Part shown: positions 34,202 through 43,006 of the stretch, piece by piece
Layout of the letters: every line of letters begins with the position of its first letter
Numbering within the stretch: the first letter of the stretch is position 1
Source of the DNA: Clostridiales bacterium
GTDB taxonomy: Bacteria > Bacillota > Clostridia > Oscillospirales > CAG-382
Direction: 5' to 3'
Length of the DNA: 64,000 nucleotides
Assembly: GCA_004553575.1 (NCBI GenBank)
Contig: SFLA01000002.1
Location: forward strand, 474 to 64,473
Program-made: the position numbers and the translations under genes
Notes under the pieces: model-generated
Seen by the model: the letters and a program-made list of their open reading frames with translations, nothing else
The model's database searches: none
Told to the model about the DNA's origin: nothing

Positions 34202-36328
34202 ATGAACGGTAAATTTTCCGATTCCGCGCGGCGCGCGGTGTTTCGCGCAGTGGAGCGGGCGGGCGAGCTCGGACACATATATGTCGGCACCGAGCATATG
34301 TTGCTCGGCATCGTTTCCGATACCGATTCACCGGCGGCAAAGCTGCTCCGAAAGAACAGACTTACCGACGAAAGGATTACCGACAGGCTTATAGGAATTG
34401 CCGGGGTCGGATGTCCCACATTTCTTACAGCCGACGATATGACTCCGGCGCTTAAAAAGGTGCTTCTTTCAGCCGGGGCGGCCGCCAGGGAATCCGGCGA
34501 CGGTACGGCGGATACCGTACACATACTTACCGCGCTGCTCTCCGAGGAGTGCGTAGGAAGAAGGCTTATCGAGGACGAGGGGCTTTCCCCGAAGGAGATG
34601 ATGAAAATACTGGAAAGACAAATGTCAAGGGAAAACGGCAAAAGGGATGCGCGCCGCGCAACACCGACTCTGGACCGCAATTCGGTGTCGCTTACCGACC
34701 GTGCGGCGGCTGGCGAGATCGACCCGGTCGTCGGACGGGAAAAGGAGGAAGAACGGCTTATTCAGATATTGCTCCGCCGCCGCAAAAACAATCCGCTGCT
34801 GGTCGGCGAGGCGGGAGTCGGCAAAACCGCGGTTGCCGAAGCGCTTGCTCTGCGCATAGCGGCGAAGCGGGTTCCGGACGCGCTTATCGGCAAGCGGCTG
34901 GTATCGCTGGATATGTCGGGTCTGGTTGCGGGGACAAAATACCGCGGCGAATTCGAGGAGAAGCTTCGCGCCATTGTCCGCGAGACTGCCGACGCCGGCG
35001 ATGTGATACTGTTCATTGACGAGATACACACGCTCGTCGGCGCGGGCGCGGCGGAGGGCGCGGTGGACGCTTCGAACATCCTTAAGCCGCCTCTGGCGCG
35101 CGGGGAAATACAGCTTATCGGCGCGACCACCCCGCGCGAGATGAAAAAGACCATAGAGCGCGACGCGGCGCTCGAACGGAGATTCCAGGTCATTAACGTG
35201 AACGAACCGAACCGCTCCGAATGCGAAAGGATACTGTTCGCGCTGCGCGGACGGTATGAAAAGCATCACGGCGTCCGAATAAGCGACGGCGCCGTCAGGG
35301 CTGCGGCGTATCTTTCCGACCGGTATATATCAGGGCGCTGTCTGCCGGATAAGGCAATAGACCTTATCGACGAGGCGTCCGCCAAAAAACGGCTGAACGG
35401 CGGCGGGAGCGTGTCGGAGCGGGATATTGCTCTGCTTACCGAGGAGCAGTCGGGTATACCGCTCGATTTTCTTACACGGAGCGACGGCGACCGGTTTGCG
35501 GAACTCGAAGCCCGTCTCCGAGCGCGCGTTATCGGTCAGGACGAGGCTGTATCGGCAGTCTGCGCGGCGGTAAGGCGGAGTGCGGTTACGCTCTGCCGCG
35601 GAAGCCGGCCGTACGGATCGTTCCTTTTTGTAGGACCGTCCGGAGTAGGCAAGACGGAGTGCGCCAAGGTGCTCGCCGAATCGCTTCTCGGCAGCGAAAA
35701 GGGATTTATCAGGCTGGATATGTCCGAATATATGGAAAAGCATTCGGTTTCGCGGCTTATAGGCGCGCCGCCGGGATATGTCGGCTGCGGCGACGGAGGA
35801 CTGCTCACCGAAGCCGTAAGGCGGAACCCGTACTGCGTGGTGCTGGTCGATGAGATCGAAAAAGCGCACCCGGACGTGCTTAATCTTTTTCTTCAGATTC
35901 TGGACGACGGAAGGCTTACAGATTCCGACGGGCTCGGTGTGTCGTTTGCGAATTCGCTTATAATCATGACCTCCAACGCCGGCGGAAAGGCGTGCGAGGC
36001 AGGCTTTTCCAGACACGAAAATACGACACCGACGGGCGTTCTGTCACCGGAGCTTACCGACCGTATCGACGAGATAATACGCTTCAGGAGTCTTTCGAGC
36101 GGAGTGCTTTCCGAAATAGGGAGAATGAATGCCGAGCGTATTCGTGCGGAGGCGCTGGTAAAGGGGATATCGCTGGATATCGGAGACGATTGCATTGCCG
36201 AAGCGGTGGAAAAGTGCGGCGGCAGCGCACGTACGCTTTGCCGGATAATCGCACGGGGGGCCGAGGATATGGCTTTTTCCTGCGCGTTCGGCGGTGGGAA
36301 AGCGCGTGAATATCAAAAAAGCACTTGA
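34202..36328 (+). CDS. Clp/Hsp100 AAA+ unfoldase (ClpA/ClpC family, no middle domain)
   Basis: ATG 34202 follows GGGAGGG. Clp_N repeats. NBD1 GEAGVGKTA / ILFIDEIH. NBD2 GPSGVGKTE / VVLVDEIEKAH. AGF tripeptide in the position of the ClpP-docking loop. Confidence 0.9.
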   Translation: MNGKFSDSARRAVFRAVERAGELGHIYVGTEHMLLGIVSDTDSPAAKLLRKNRLTDERITDRLIGIAGVGCPTFLTADDMTPALKKVLLSAGAAARESGDGTADTVHILTALLSEECVGRRLIEDEGLSPKEMMKILERQMSRENGKRDARRATPTLDRNSVSLTDRAAAGEIDPVVGREKEEERLIQILLRRRKNNPLLVGEAGVGKTAVAEALALRIAAKRVPDALIGKRLVSLDMSGLVAGTKYRGEFEEKLRAIVRETADAGDVILFIDEIHTLVGAGAAEGAVDASNILKPPLARGEIQLIGATTPREMKKTIERDAALERRFQVINVNEPNRSECERILFALRGRYEKHHGVRISDGAVRAAAYLSDRYISGRCLPDKAIDLIDEASAKKRLNGGGSVSERDIALLTEEQSGIPLDFLTRSDGDRFAELEARLRARVIGQDEAVSAVCAAVRRSAVTLCRGSRPYGSFLFVGPSGVGKTECAKVLAESLLGSEKGFIRLDMSEYMEKHSVSRLIGAPPGYVGCGDGGLLTEAVRRNPYCVVLVDEIEKAHPDVLNLFLQILDDGRLTDSDGLGVSFANSLIIMTSNAGGKACEAGFSRHENTTPTGVLSPELTDRIDEIIRFRSLSSGVLSEIGRMNAERIRAEALVKGISLDIGDDCIAEAVEKCGGSARTLCRIIARGAEDMAFSCAFGGGKAREYQKST

Positions 36329-36353
36329 CAAACGCGCATATACGGAATATAAT
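36325..36353 (+). promoter_or_regulatory. sigma-A consensus promoter of ylxM-ffh
   Basis: TTGACA (36325-36330, overlapping the clp stop), 17 nt, TATAAT (36348-36353). Confidence 0.7.
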
Positions 36354-36354
36354 T

Positions 36355-36400
36355 ACGCCTGTAAAGAAAATAACTTTACAGGCGTCCTTTATACAGGCGT
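36355..36400. promoter_or_regulatory. perfect 12-bp inverted repeat plus third half-site (candidate operator)
   Basis: ACGCCTGTAAAG (36355-36366), 7 nt, CTTTACAGGCGT (36374-36385). A third half-site CTTTAtACAGGCGT follows at 36387-36400. Confidence 0.45.
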
Positions 36401-36432
36401 ATTTTTTTGCGGACAAGGGGGCAGCAAACGGA

Positions 36433-36744
36433 TTGGATGCAAGGGAGCGTATATCGCTTTTGCTCGACTGTTATTCCGGCGTCCTTTCCGGTAAGCAGCG
36501 CGATTCGCTCGAGCTGTATTATAACGAGGACCTTTCTCTTTCCGAGATAGCGGAGCAGACGGGAATAACCCGTCAGGCGGTGAGCGAGCTTATAAAGCAC
36601 GGCACCGAGCGGCTGGAGGAGCTTGAGAATTTGCTGCACGTCTGCGAAAACGGGTTCAAAATGCGGTACGCCGCCGAGCAGATACTCGCGCGGAGCGACG
36701 ACCCGGTGCTGGTATCCGCCGCACGGGAGCTGATAGGGGAATAA
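36433..36744 (+). CDS. ylxM: YlxM/UPF0122 helix-turn-helix protein
   Basis: Family block LLLDCYSGVLSGKQRDSLELYYNEDLSLSEIAEQTGITRQAV. The start must lie downstream of the promoter. TTG 36433 is the first in-frame start candidate, after AAGGGGG. Start is uncertain. Confidence 0.7.
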   Translation: MDARERISLLLDCYSGVLSGKQRDSLELYYNEDLSLSEIAEQTGITRQAVSELIKHGTERLEELENLLHVCENGFKMRYAAEQILARSDDPVLVSAARELIGE

Positions 36745-36747
36745 AAG

Positions 36748-38076
36748 ATGTTTCAGAGTCTTGCAGAGAAGATGACCGCCGCGCTGCAGAAGTTCCGCAG
36801 CAAGGGCCGTCTGACCGAATCCGACGTTAAGGCGGGCATGCGTGAGATAAAGCTCGCACTGCTCGAGGCGGACGTGAACTTTAAGGTCGTAAAGGAATTC
36901 GTCGCACGCGTGTCGGAGCGTGCCGTCGGCGCCGATGTAATGCAGAGCCTTATGCCGGCTCAGCAGATCGTAAAGATCGTAAACGAGGAGCTGGTCTCGC
37001 TTATGGGCGGCTCCAATTCCAAGCTCAGTATTTCGCCCAAGCCGCCCACGGTCGTGCTCATGTGCGGACTTCAGGGCAGCGGTAAGACAACTACCGCGGC
37101 GAAGCTTGCCCGGATGTACAAAAAGCAAGGCAAAAACCCGTTGCTTGTCGCCTGCGACATATACCGTCCCGCCGCAATACAGCAGCTTCAGGTGGTAGGC
37201 GGACAGGCTGGCGTTCAGGTCTTTGAGCGAGGAACGCAGGACCCTGTAAAAACCGTAAAAGAAGCGCTGTCGCATGCCCGTAAGTATGGTCACGACATGC
37301 TGTTTGTCGATACCGCGGGCAGACTTCATATAGACGAAAAGCTTATGGCTGAGCTTAAGGCGGTCCGTGAAGCCTGCGACCCGACCGAGATACTTCTTGT
37401 CGTCGATGCGATGACCGGTCAGGACGCGGTCAATGTCGCCGAGAGCTTTAACGAAGCGCTTGACATAACCGGAGTAGTGCTTACCAAGCTGGACGGCGAT
37501 ACCCGCGGCGGTGCGGCGCTTTCGGTAAGGTTTGTCACCGGCAAACCGATAAAATTCATCGGCGTCGGCGAGAAGCTCGACGGAATCGAGCCGTTCCACC
37601 CCGACCGTATGGCTTCCCGGATACTCGGTATGGGCGACGTGCTTTCGCTTATCGAAAAGGCGGAGCAGCAGATAGACGAGAACAAGGCGAGGGAGCTCGA
37701 GCGCAAGCTGCGCGAGCAGTCGTTCACGCTCGACGATTATCTCGACCAGTTCCGGCAGCTTCGGAATATGGGCGGAATAGATCAGCTGCTCGGTATGATG
37801 CCGGGAGTAAAACCCTCACAGCTTAAGGATGCGAAGATAGACGAAAAGCAGATCTCCCACATGGAGGCGATCATACTCTCGATGACCAAAAGGGAGCGCG
37901 CCCGTCCGGAGATACTCAATTCGTCGCGCAAGAAGCGTATTGCCGCCGGAAGTGGAAGATCCGTCGAGGAGATAAACCGCTTGCTCCGTCAGTACGAGCA
38001 GATAGGCAAAATGATGAAGCAGATGACCTCGGGGCGTAAAGGCAAAAGGCGCTTCGGAGCCGGATTCGGCTTCTGA
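36748..38076 (+). CDS. ffh: signal recognition particle protein Ffh
   Basis: 442 aa. N-G domain GLQGSGKTTT, DTAGR, TKLDGD. Met-rich M domain. Confidence 0.95.
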   Translation: MFQSLAEKMTAALQKFRSKGRLTESDVKAGMREIKLALLEADVNFKVVKEFVARVSERAVGADVMQSLMPAQQIVKIVNEELVSLMGGSNSKLSISPKPPTVVLMCGLQGSGKTTTAAKLARMYKKQGKNPLLVACDIYRPAAIQQLQVVGGQAGVQVFERGTQDPVKTVKEALSHARKYGHDMLFVDTAGRLHIDEKLMAELKAVREACDPTEILLVVDAMTGQDAVNVAESFNEALDITGVVLTKLDGDTRGGAALSVRFVTGKPIKFIGVGEKLDGIEPFHPDRMASRILGMGDVLSLIEKAEQQIDENKARELERKLREQSFTLDDYLDQFRQLRNMGGIDQLLGMMPGVKPSQLKDAKIDEKQISHMEAIILSMTKRERARPEILNSSRKKRIAAGSGRSVEEINRLLRQYEQIGKMMKQMTSGRKGKRRFGAGFGF

Positions 38077-38125
38077 TAATCAGTCGGCAAAAAAATTAAC
38101 ATAAAATTTTCGGAGGAACACTATC

Positions 38126-38368
38126 ATGGCAGTTAAGATCAGACTCAGAAGAATGGGCGCAAAGAAGGCTCCTTTTTACAGGATCGTCGTCGCCGATTCC
38201 CGCTATCCCAGAAACGGCAGATTCATCGAGGAGCTCGGCTATTACGATCCTATGAAGGAGCCTGCCGAGATTAAGCTCGATGTCGAAAAGGCAAAAGACT
38301 GGATCTCCAAGGGAGCACAGCCCACCGAGACTGTAAGATCGCTTCTCAAAAAGAACGGAGTACAGTAA
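38126..38368 (+). CDS. rpsP: 30S ribosomal protein S16
   Basis: [26 protein letters not shown].. Confidence 0.95.
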   Translation: MAVKIRLRRMGAKKAPFYRIVVADSRYPRNGRFIEELGYYDPMKEPAEIKLDVEKAKDWISKGAQPTETVRSLLKKNGVQ

Positions 38369-38433
38369 GCAGCTTGTGCGGAGCGCGATTCTGATCCGCT
38401 CCCTTACGCCGTTTTGTTTGAAAGGAAGAAATA

Positions 38434-38664
38434 ATGAAGCAGACACTTATTGATATCGCTTCGTCCATAGTCGAAAAGCCGGAAGAAGTATCGGTGACCG
38501 AGAAGGTCAGCGGCGATACCGTAATTCTGGAGCTTTCGGTCGCCAAGTCGGATATGGGCAAGGTTATCGGGCGCGGCGGTAAAATCGCCAAGTGCATCCG
38601 TGTGGTCATGCGCGCGGCTGCGGCGAAGGAAAACAAGCGCGTCATAGTCGATATTGTCGACTGA
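38434..38664 (+). CDS. KH-domain RNA-binding protein (YlqC/UPF0109)
   Basis: 76 aa. GKVIGRGGKIAKCIR GXXG loop. Conserved position between rpsP and rimM. Confidence 0.85.
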   Translation: MKQTLIDIASSIVEKPEEVSVTEKVSGDTVILELSVAKSDMGKVIGRGGKIAKCIRVVMRAAAAKENKRVIVDIVD

Positions 38665-39164
38665 TGAAAAAAAGATTTCTTGAGGCGGGGCGGTTGAATT
38701 CCCCGCGCGGGATAAAGGGCGAGCTCCGGTTTTCCTGCTGGTGCGACAGCCCGTATTATATCGAGGGAGTCGAAGCCCTTTATCTTGACGATAAGGGAGA
38801 GAAAAAGCTGGAAATAGCTTTGTTCCGCCCTCAGATACCGTCGATCGTATTCAAGGGCTACGAGGACAGGAATTCCTGCGCGGTGCTGTCGGGAAGAACC
38901 GTCTGGTTCGACCGGACCGACCCTTCGCTTCCGCAGGACGCCGTATACAATGACGACCTTGTCGGTCTTCCGGTGTTCGATTACGATACCGGCGCTCCCG
39001 TCGGCACGCTCGTGCAGATAGACGAGAGCATTAGCGGTTTTTTCTACCGCATAAAGGGCGAATCCGATTATACCGTTCCCGCGGTGGACAGATATATCCT
39101 CCGTGCGGACCCGGATACCGGGATATTCGTAAGACTTGACGAGGGACTGAAAACAGAAAGCTGA
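38664..39164 (+). CDS. rimM: 16S rRNA processing protein RimM
   Basis: ATG 38664 overlaps the KH-gene TGA. GRLNSPRGIKGELR N-terminal block and a PRC barrel-like C-terminus. Confidence 0.85.
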   Translation: MKKRFLEAGRLNSPRGIKGELRFSCWCDSPYYIEGVEALYLDDKGEKKLEIALFRPQIPSIVFKGYEDRNSCAVLSGRTVWFDRTDPSLPQDAVYNDDLVGLPVFDYDTGAPVGTLVQIDESISGFFYRIKGESDYTVPAVDRYILRADPDTGIFVRLDEGLKTES

Positions 39165-39172
39165 ATTACGCC

Positions 39173-39862
39173 GTGCGATACGAGATACTCACACTTTTCC
39201 CCGATATGCTGGAATCCTATTTCGGAACCAGCATTATCGGGCGCGCCCGCAGAAAGGGGCTGTTCACGCTGAATGTCACCGATATCCGCGCATACACCCT
39301 GGACAGGCAGGGAAGGGTGGACGATGCGCCGTACGGCGGCGGATTCGGGCTGGTTATGACCTGTCAGCCGGTGGTGGACTGCATACGTGCGGTGAAGGCG
39401 GGGCTTACCGGAACGGTGAGAACGGTGTACCTTTCCCCTCAGGGTGCGCTGTATGACCAGAGCAAAGCGCGCGAGCTGCTCGGATACGATAATCTGATAT
39501 TGCTCTGCGGCCATTACGAGGGAATAGATGAGCGGATAATAGAGCTCGAGATCGACGAAGAGATATCGGTGGGCAATTACGTTCTCACCGGGGGCGAGAT
39601 CGGAGCCGAGATAATAGTCGATTCCACCGCGAGGATGATCGACGGAGTGCTTTCCGACCCTGAATGCTATCTGGGCGAGAGCCTTTCCGACGGCTTGCTT
39701 GAGTATCCGCAGTATACGCGTCCGCGTGTGTTCGAGGGGAAGGAAGTCCCCGAGGTACTGCTTAGCGGCAATCACGCTGCCATAAAGCAGTGGCAGTATG
39801 AGCAGTCCGTTGAGCGTACGCGGCGCAAGCGGCCCGATCTGATCGGAGATGAGAACAAATGA
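39173..39862 (+). CDS. trmD: tRNA (guanine37-N1)-methyltransferase TrmD
   Basis: ILTLFPDM, DDAPYGGGFGLVM, LLCGHYEGIDERI, VLLSGNHAAI. Confidence 0.92.
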   Translation: MRYEILTLFPDMLESYFGTSIIGRARRKGLFTLNVTDIRAYTLDRQGRVDDAPYGGGFGLVMTCQPVVDCIRAVKAGLTGTVRTVYLSPQGALYDQSKARELLGYDNLILLCGHYEGIDERIIELEIDEEISVGNYVLTGGEIGAEIIVDSTARMIDGVLSDPECYLGESLSDGLLEYPQYTRPRVFEGKEVPEVLLSGNHAAIKQWQYEQSVERTRRKRPDLIGDENK

Positions 39863-41607
39863 AGGGCGAGAGAGGAAACGGCGCGTTTCTCGCGCGGCTT
39901 GCCGCGGAGAGCCGTATCTTGTCGCGCCTTTCGTCTGATAACAGGGGCAAGCCCGGAGCGTCGGGGTTTACCCTGCGCGAGGACGGTTTGCTCGGCAAGG
40001 GGCTTTTGGGTACAGCCGGCGCAAAAGCGGACAGGGCATTTTCGGCGGTTAAGCGCGCCTGCGCTTCAGCAACCGAAAGCAGCAGGATAATTTCGGCTTT
40101 CCGCCGGGCTGCAGTCGGGCTGCTCGATACGAGCGTCGGCAGCATCGGCGTGTTTTTGTTGTTTTTCGGATTGTATTCAGCCGCCGTATATCTTATAAGG
40201 CAGTACGCCGGCGAACATCCGGATATATTCGATCCGGTGTTTTCCGCGGTTGTTGCTCTTGCGGGGCTTTTGCTTACGCCGGTAAAAAAGAGTTTGCTCG
40301 GCTGTATCAAAGGCAGCCTGCTTCCGTCGTATATGACGGGAGAGATCTTCTCGGTAAGCGATTTCGCCCTTGAGCGCGAGCATTCGCCGGTACGCCGCAC
40401 CATGTCTGCGGTGTTGCTGGGGTCGGTCACGGGTGCGCTGTGTTTTCTGGTATCGCCCGCGGATATTCTGTTGTTTATTATTTTTACGGCGACGGTATCC
40501 GTGGTGTTATATTCGCCGGAGGGCGGACTGGTATTCGCCGCATTTCTGCTGCCGTTTGCGGGAGATGCCGCAGCAGCCGTGCTTGCCGTTTCAGCGGCGG
40601 GATATCTGTTCAAGCTGTTACGCGGCAAGCGGAACCTTTATATCGGCACCGCCGATCTGTTCGTGATACTCTGTGCGGGATTCGTTATCGTTTCAGGATT
40701 ATGCTCGCCGTTTCCGGACGTATCGCTTGCGGGGCACTGCTTATGCGCCGCGGCGGGATATTTTCTTGCCTCCAACCTTATACGGACCTCCGCACAGCTT
40801 AAGCGGCTGTATGGCGCGCTGTGCAGCGGAGGATTGATTGCGGCGCTCGATTTTATTATCGGAAGATGCTTCCCAGACGGTCTCGCTTTTACAGGGATAT
40901 CTGCCGGGGCGCTTTCCGGCTTCGCTCCGTTTCTGCCGCTGCTGCTTCCGGCAGCTGCCTGTCTTGCCTCGCGTGAAGAAAGCGGCGCGTCCCACACTCT
41001 CACGTTTGCACTTATACTCGCGGGGACAGTCGCTTCGGTATCGGAGGGGCAGTACCTCGCGGCAATATGCTGTCTGGCGGTATACGGACTTATCGCCATG
41101 CGGCGTCCGATGCTCGCCATGCTTACCGCAAGCTTTTCCGCGGTTTCGGTGGTGTTTCTGTTTGCCTTCGGGATAATTCCGGGGAGCATGTTTACTCTGC
41201 CGGTGTACGGGGAATCGCTTACGGCGCTTATTTCCGGGTATTTCTATACCGGAATCGGTATCGGCGGGCTCTCGGCACGTCTTGCTCCGGCAGCCGGAAT
41301 TGTTACCGATACTTATACCGGTATTCTGCTGACCGGCGGAATACTTACCGCCGTCACCTTTGCGGCGGCAGAAATGTTTCTGCTCCGGCGTGCGCTCGTT
41401 GCCGCGCTTAACTGCGGCAGCGATCTTAAAAAGCCTGTCGGAGCGGCCGCGTCAATGCTTATACTGTTCGCCGCAGGAGGCGTGTTTGTGAATTTCTTCA
41501 GTAATCCCGTGATTGCCGCGGTATTCGCCGTTATATGCGGATGTGCGTCGGCTCTGCCCCGTATCTGCGACAGAGAGACCGGAGGTTTTGTTTATGAAGA
41601 TCAATAA
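39859..41607 (+). CDS. large polytopic membrane protein (hypothetical)
   Basis: ATG overlaps the trmD stop (ATGA). 582 aa, at least 10 hydrophobic helices. No family assignable by eye; O-antigen-ligase-like is possible but unproven. Confidence 0.6.
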   Translation: MKGERGNGAFLARLAAESRILSRLSSDNRGKPGASGFTLREDGLLGKGLLGTAGAKADRAFSAVKRACASATESSRIISAFRRAAVGLLDTSVGSIGVFLLFFGLYSAAVYLIRQYAGEHPDIFDPVFSAVVALAGLLLTPVKKSLLGCIKGSLLPSYMTGEIFSVSDFALEREHSPVRRTMSAVLLGSVTGALCFLVSPADILLFIIFTATVSVVLYSPEGGLVFAAFLLPFAGDAAAAVLAVSAAGYLFKLLRGKRNLYIGTADLFVILCAGFVIVSGLCSPFPDVSLAGHCLCAAAGYFLASNLIRTSAQLKRLYGALCSGGLIAALDFIIGRCFPDGLAFTGISAGALSGFAPFLPLLLPAAACLASREESGASHTLTFALILAGTVASVSEGQYLAAICCLAVYGLIAMRRPMLAMLTASFSAVSVVFLFAFGIIPGSMFTLPVYGESLTALISGYFYTGIGIGGLSARLAPAAGIVTDTYTGILLTGGILTAVTFAAAEMFLLRRALVAALNCGSDLKKPVGAAASMLILFAAGGVFVNFFSNPVIAAVFAVICGCASALPRICDRETGGFVYEDQ

Positions 41608-42067
41608 TAAATTCAATGCCCTCGACGCCGTAATAATAGCAGTATTTCTTTCTCTTGCGGCAGTGCTTGCCGTTCGCAGCTTTTCGTCCGCTCCCGGAAG
41701 AACAGCCGAATTCGGCTATTCCGTGACGGTTGCCGAGCTTGACAGCGGAGCGATACCGGAGCTTAAATCGGGCGATACCGTGTATTCTCCGGACGGAACC
41801 GTTCTCGGAACGGTTTCACGCACGGTCGTAACAGATGCCGTGCAGACCTTTACCGATACCCGCGTCGTTGCGGGGGCAGATCCGCTGCGTACGGTGACCG
41901 CATACGGGAAAAGTCGTCTAATAATTTATATCACCGCTTCCGGCACCGAAAAGAATACCGGATATTCGGTCGGAGATATTCCGGTTAAGGTCGGGACGGA
42001 AATGACCGTCTGCGTCGGGGGCTTTACGTCCGCCGGCACCGTTACGTCCGTAAACGGGGGTGAATGA
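41594..42067 (+). CDS. DUF4330-like single-pass membrane protein
   Basis: ATG 41594 follows GGAGG and overlaps the upstream gene by 14 nt. N-terminus MKINNKFNALDAVIIAVFLSLAAV.. followed by a beta-rich domain. Confidence 0.55.
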   Translation: MKINNKFNALDAVIIAVFLSLAAVLAVRSFSSAPGRTAEFGYSVTVAELDSGAIPELKSGDTVYSPDGTVLGTVSRTVVTDAVQTFTDTRVVAGADPLRTVTAYGKSRLIIYITASGTEKNTGYSVGDIPVKVGTEMTVCVGGFTSAGTVTSVNGGE

Positions 42068-42070
42068 CAT

Positions 42071-42580
42071 ATGCGCAAAAAGATAAGCGTTCTGGATGTG
42101 GTAATAATACTTCTTCTTGTCGCCCTGATTGCGGGTATGTTCTTCAGATCTGCTATAGTATCCCTTGTATCCGGTATTCAGAGAGTGAGTATTACCATAA
42201 CCTTTACCGCAGATCCGATGCAAAGCTCTTTCACTCAGTATTTCGAGGCGGGAACCGAGGTATTTGACGCCGATACCGGCGTTTCACTGGGAATTCTGTC
42301 CGATATCCGGCGTTCGCTCACCGAGGTAACGGTTCAGCTCGATGACGGCACCTATGTAGAGGATACGGACCCTCTTTCCAGCACTGTCGTCGGAACGCTC
42401 ACCGCGGAGGGTTATATAAAAGACGGATGCTTTTATCTGACTAACGGAACCCCGGTGGCGGCGGGCAGCGTTTTTTCTGCCGAGGGAAGGCTGATAGTCT
42501 TTACCATGACCGTAAACTCGGTAGAGAAAACGTCGTACGAGCAGCCGGGACAGCTCCCGGAGCCCGAAATATCAAAATAA
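42071..42580 (+). CDS. DUF4330-like single-pass membrane protein (paralog)
   Basis: ATG lies 3 nt after the upstream stop, with a GGGGGTGA RBS. N-terminus MRKKISVLDVVIILLLVALIAG.., same architecture as 41594..42067. Confidence 0.55.
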   Translation: MRKKISVLDVVIILLLVALIAGMFFRSAIVSLVSGIQRVSITITFTADPMQSSFTQYFEAGTEVFDADTGVSLGILSDIRRSLTEVTVQLDDGTYVEDTDPLSSTVVGTLTAEGYIKDGCFYLTNGTPVAAGSVFSAEGRLIVFTMTVNSVEKTSYEQPGQLPEPEISK

Positions 42581-42583
42581 TAC

Positions 42584-42612
42584 TTGACATTTGTATGCGC
42601 CGACAGTATAAT
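42584..42612 (+). promoter_or_regulatory. sigma-A consensus promoter of ptsH
   Basis: TTGACA (42584-42589), 17 nt, TATAAT (42607-42612). Confidence 0.7.
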
Positions 42613-42650
42613 GAGCTTGATTAATATATCGTAGCCATCGGAGGAATATA

Positions 42651-42914
42651 ATGCTTTCAAGAGATATAACACTGGTGAACAGTGTGGGACTGCATGCCCG
42701 TCCCGCAACTTTTTTCATTCAGAAGGCGAATTCGTACAGGTGCTCCATCTGGATCGAGAGCAACGGCCGCAGAGCCAACGCCAAGAGCCTTCTCGGCGTG
42801 CTTTCGCTCGGAATACGCAAGGGCGATTCGGTCACTCTTATTGCCGATGGCACAGACGAGTCCGAGGCTATCGAGGGTCTCTGCGATCTCATACTCAGCG
42901 GCTTCGCCGATTGA
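42651..42914 (+). CDS. ptsH: phosphocarrier protein HPr
   Basis: 87 aa. His15 motif GLHARPA and Ser46 motif AKSLLGV both present. Confidence 0.9.
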   Translation: MLSRDITLVNSVGLHARPATFFIQKANSYRCSIWIESNGRRANAKSLLGVLSLGIRKGDSVTLIADGTDESEAIEGLCDLILSGFAD

Positions 42915-43006
42915 GCGCGTAAAAATACCGACTCACAGCGTCCCTTATAATACAAGGGGCGTTTTTGCTTGTCAGAAGCCGTGCTTTTCGGGAGGTGAGC
43001 GCACGC

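Noticed and set aside
36376-37599. 407-aa minus-strand ORF
   Set aside because: Antisense to ylxM and ffh, which are unambiguous.
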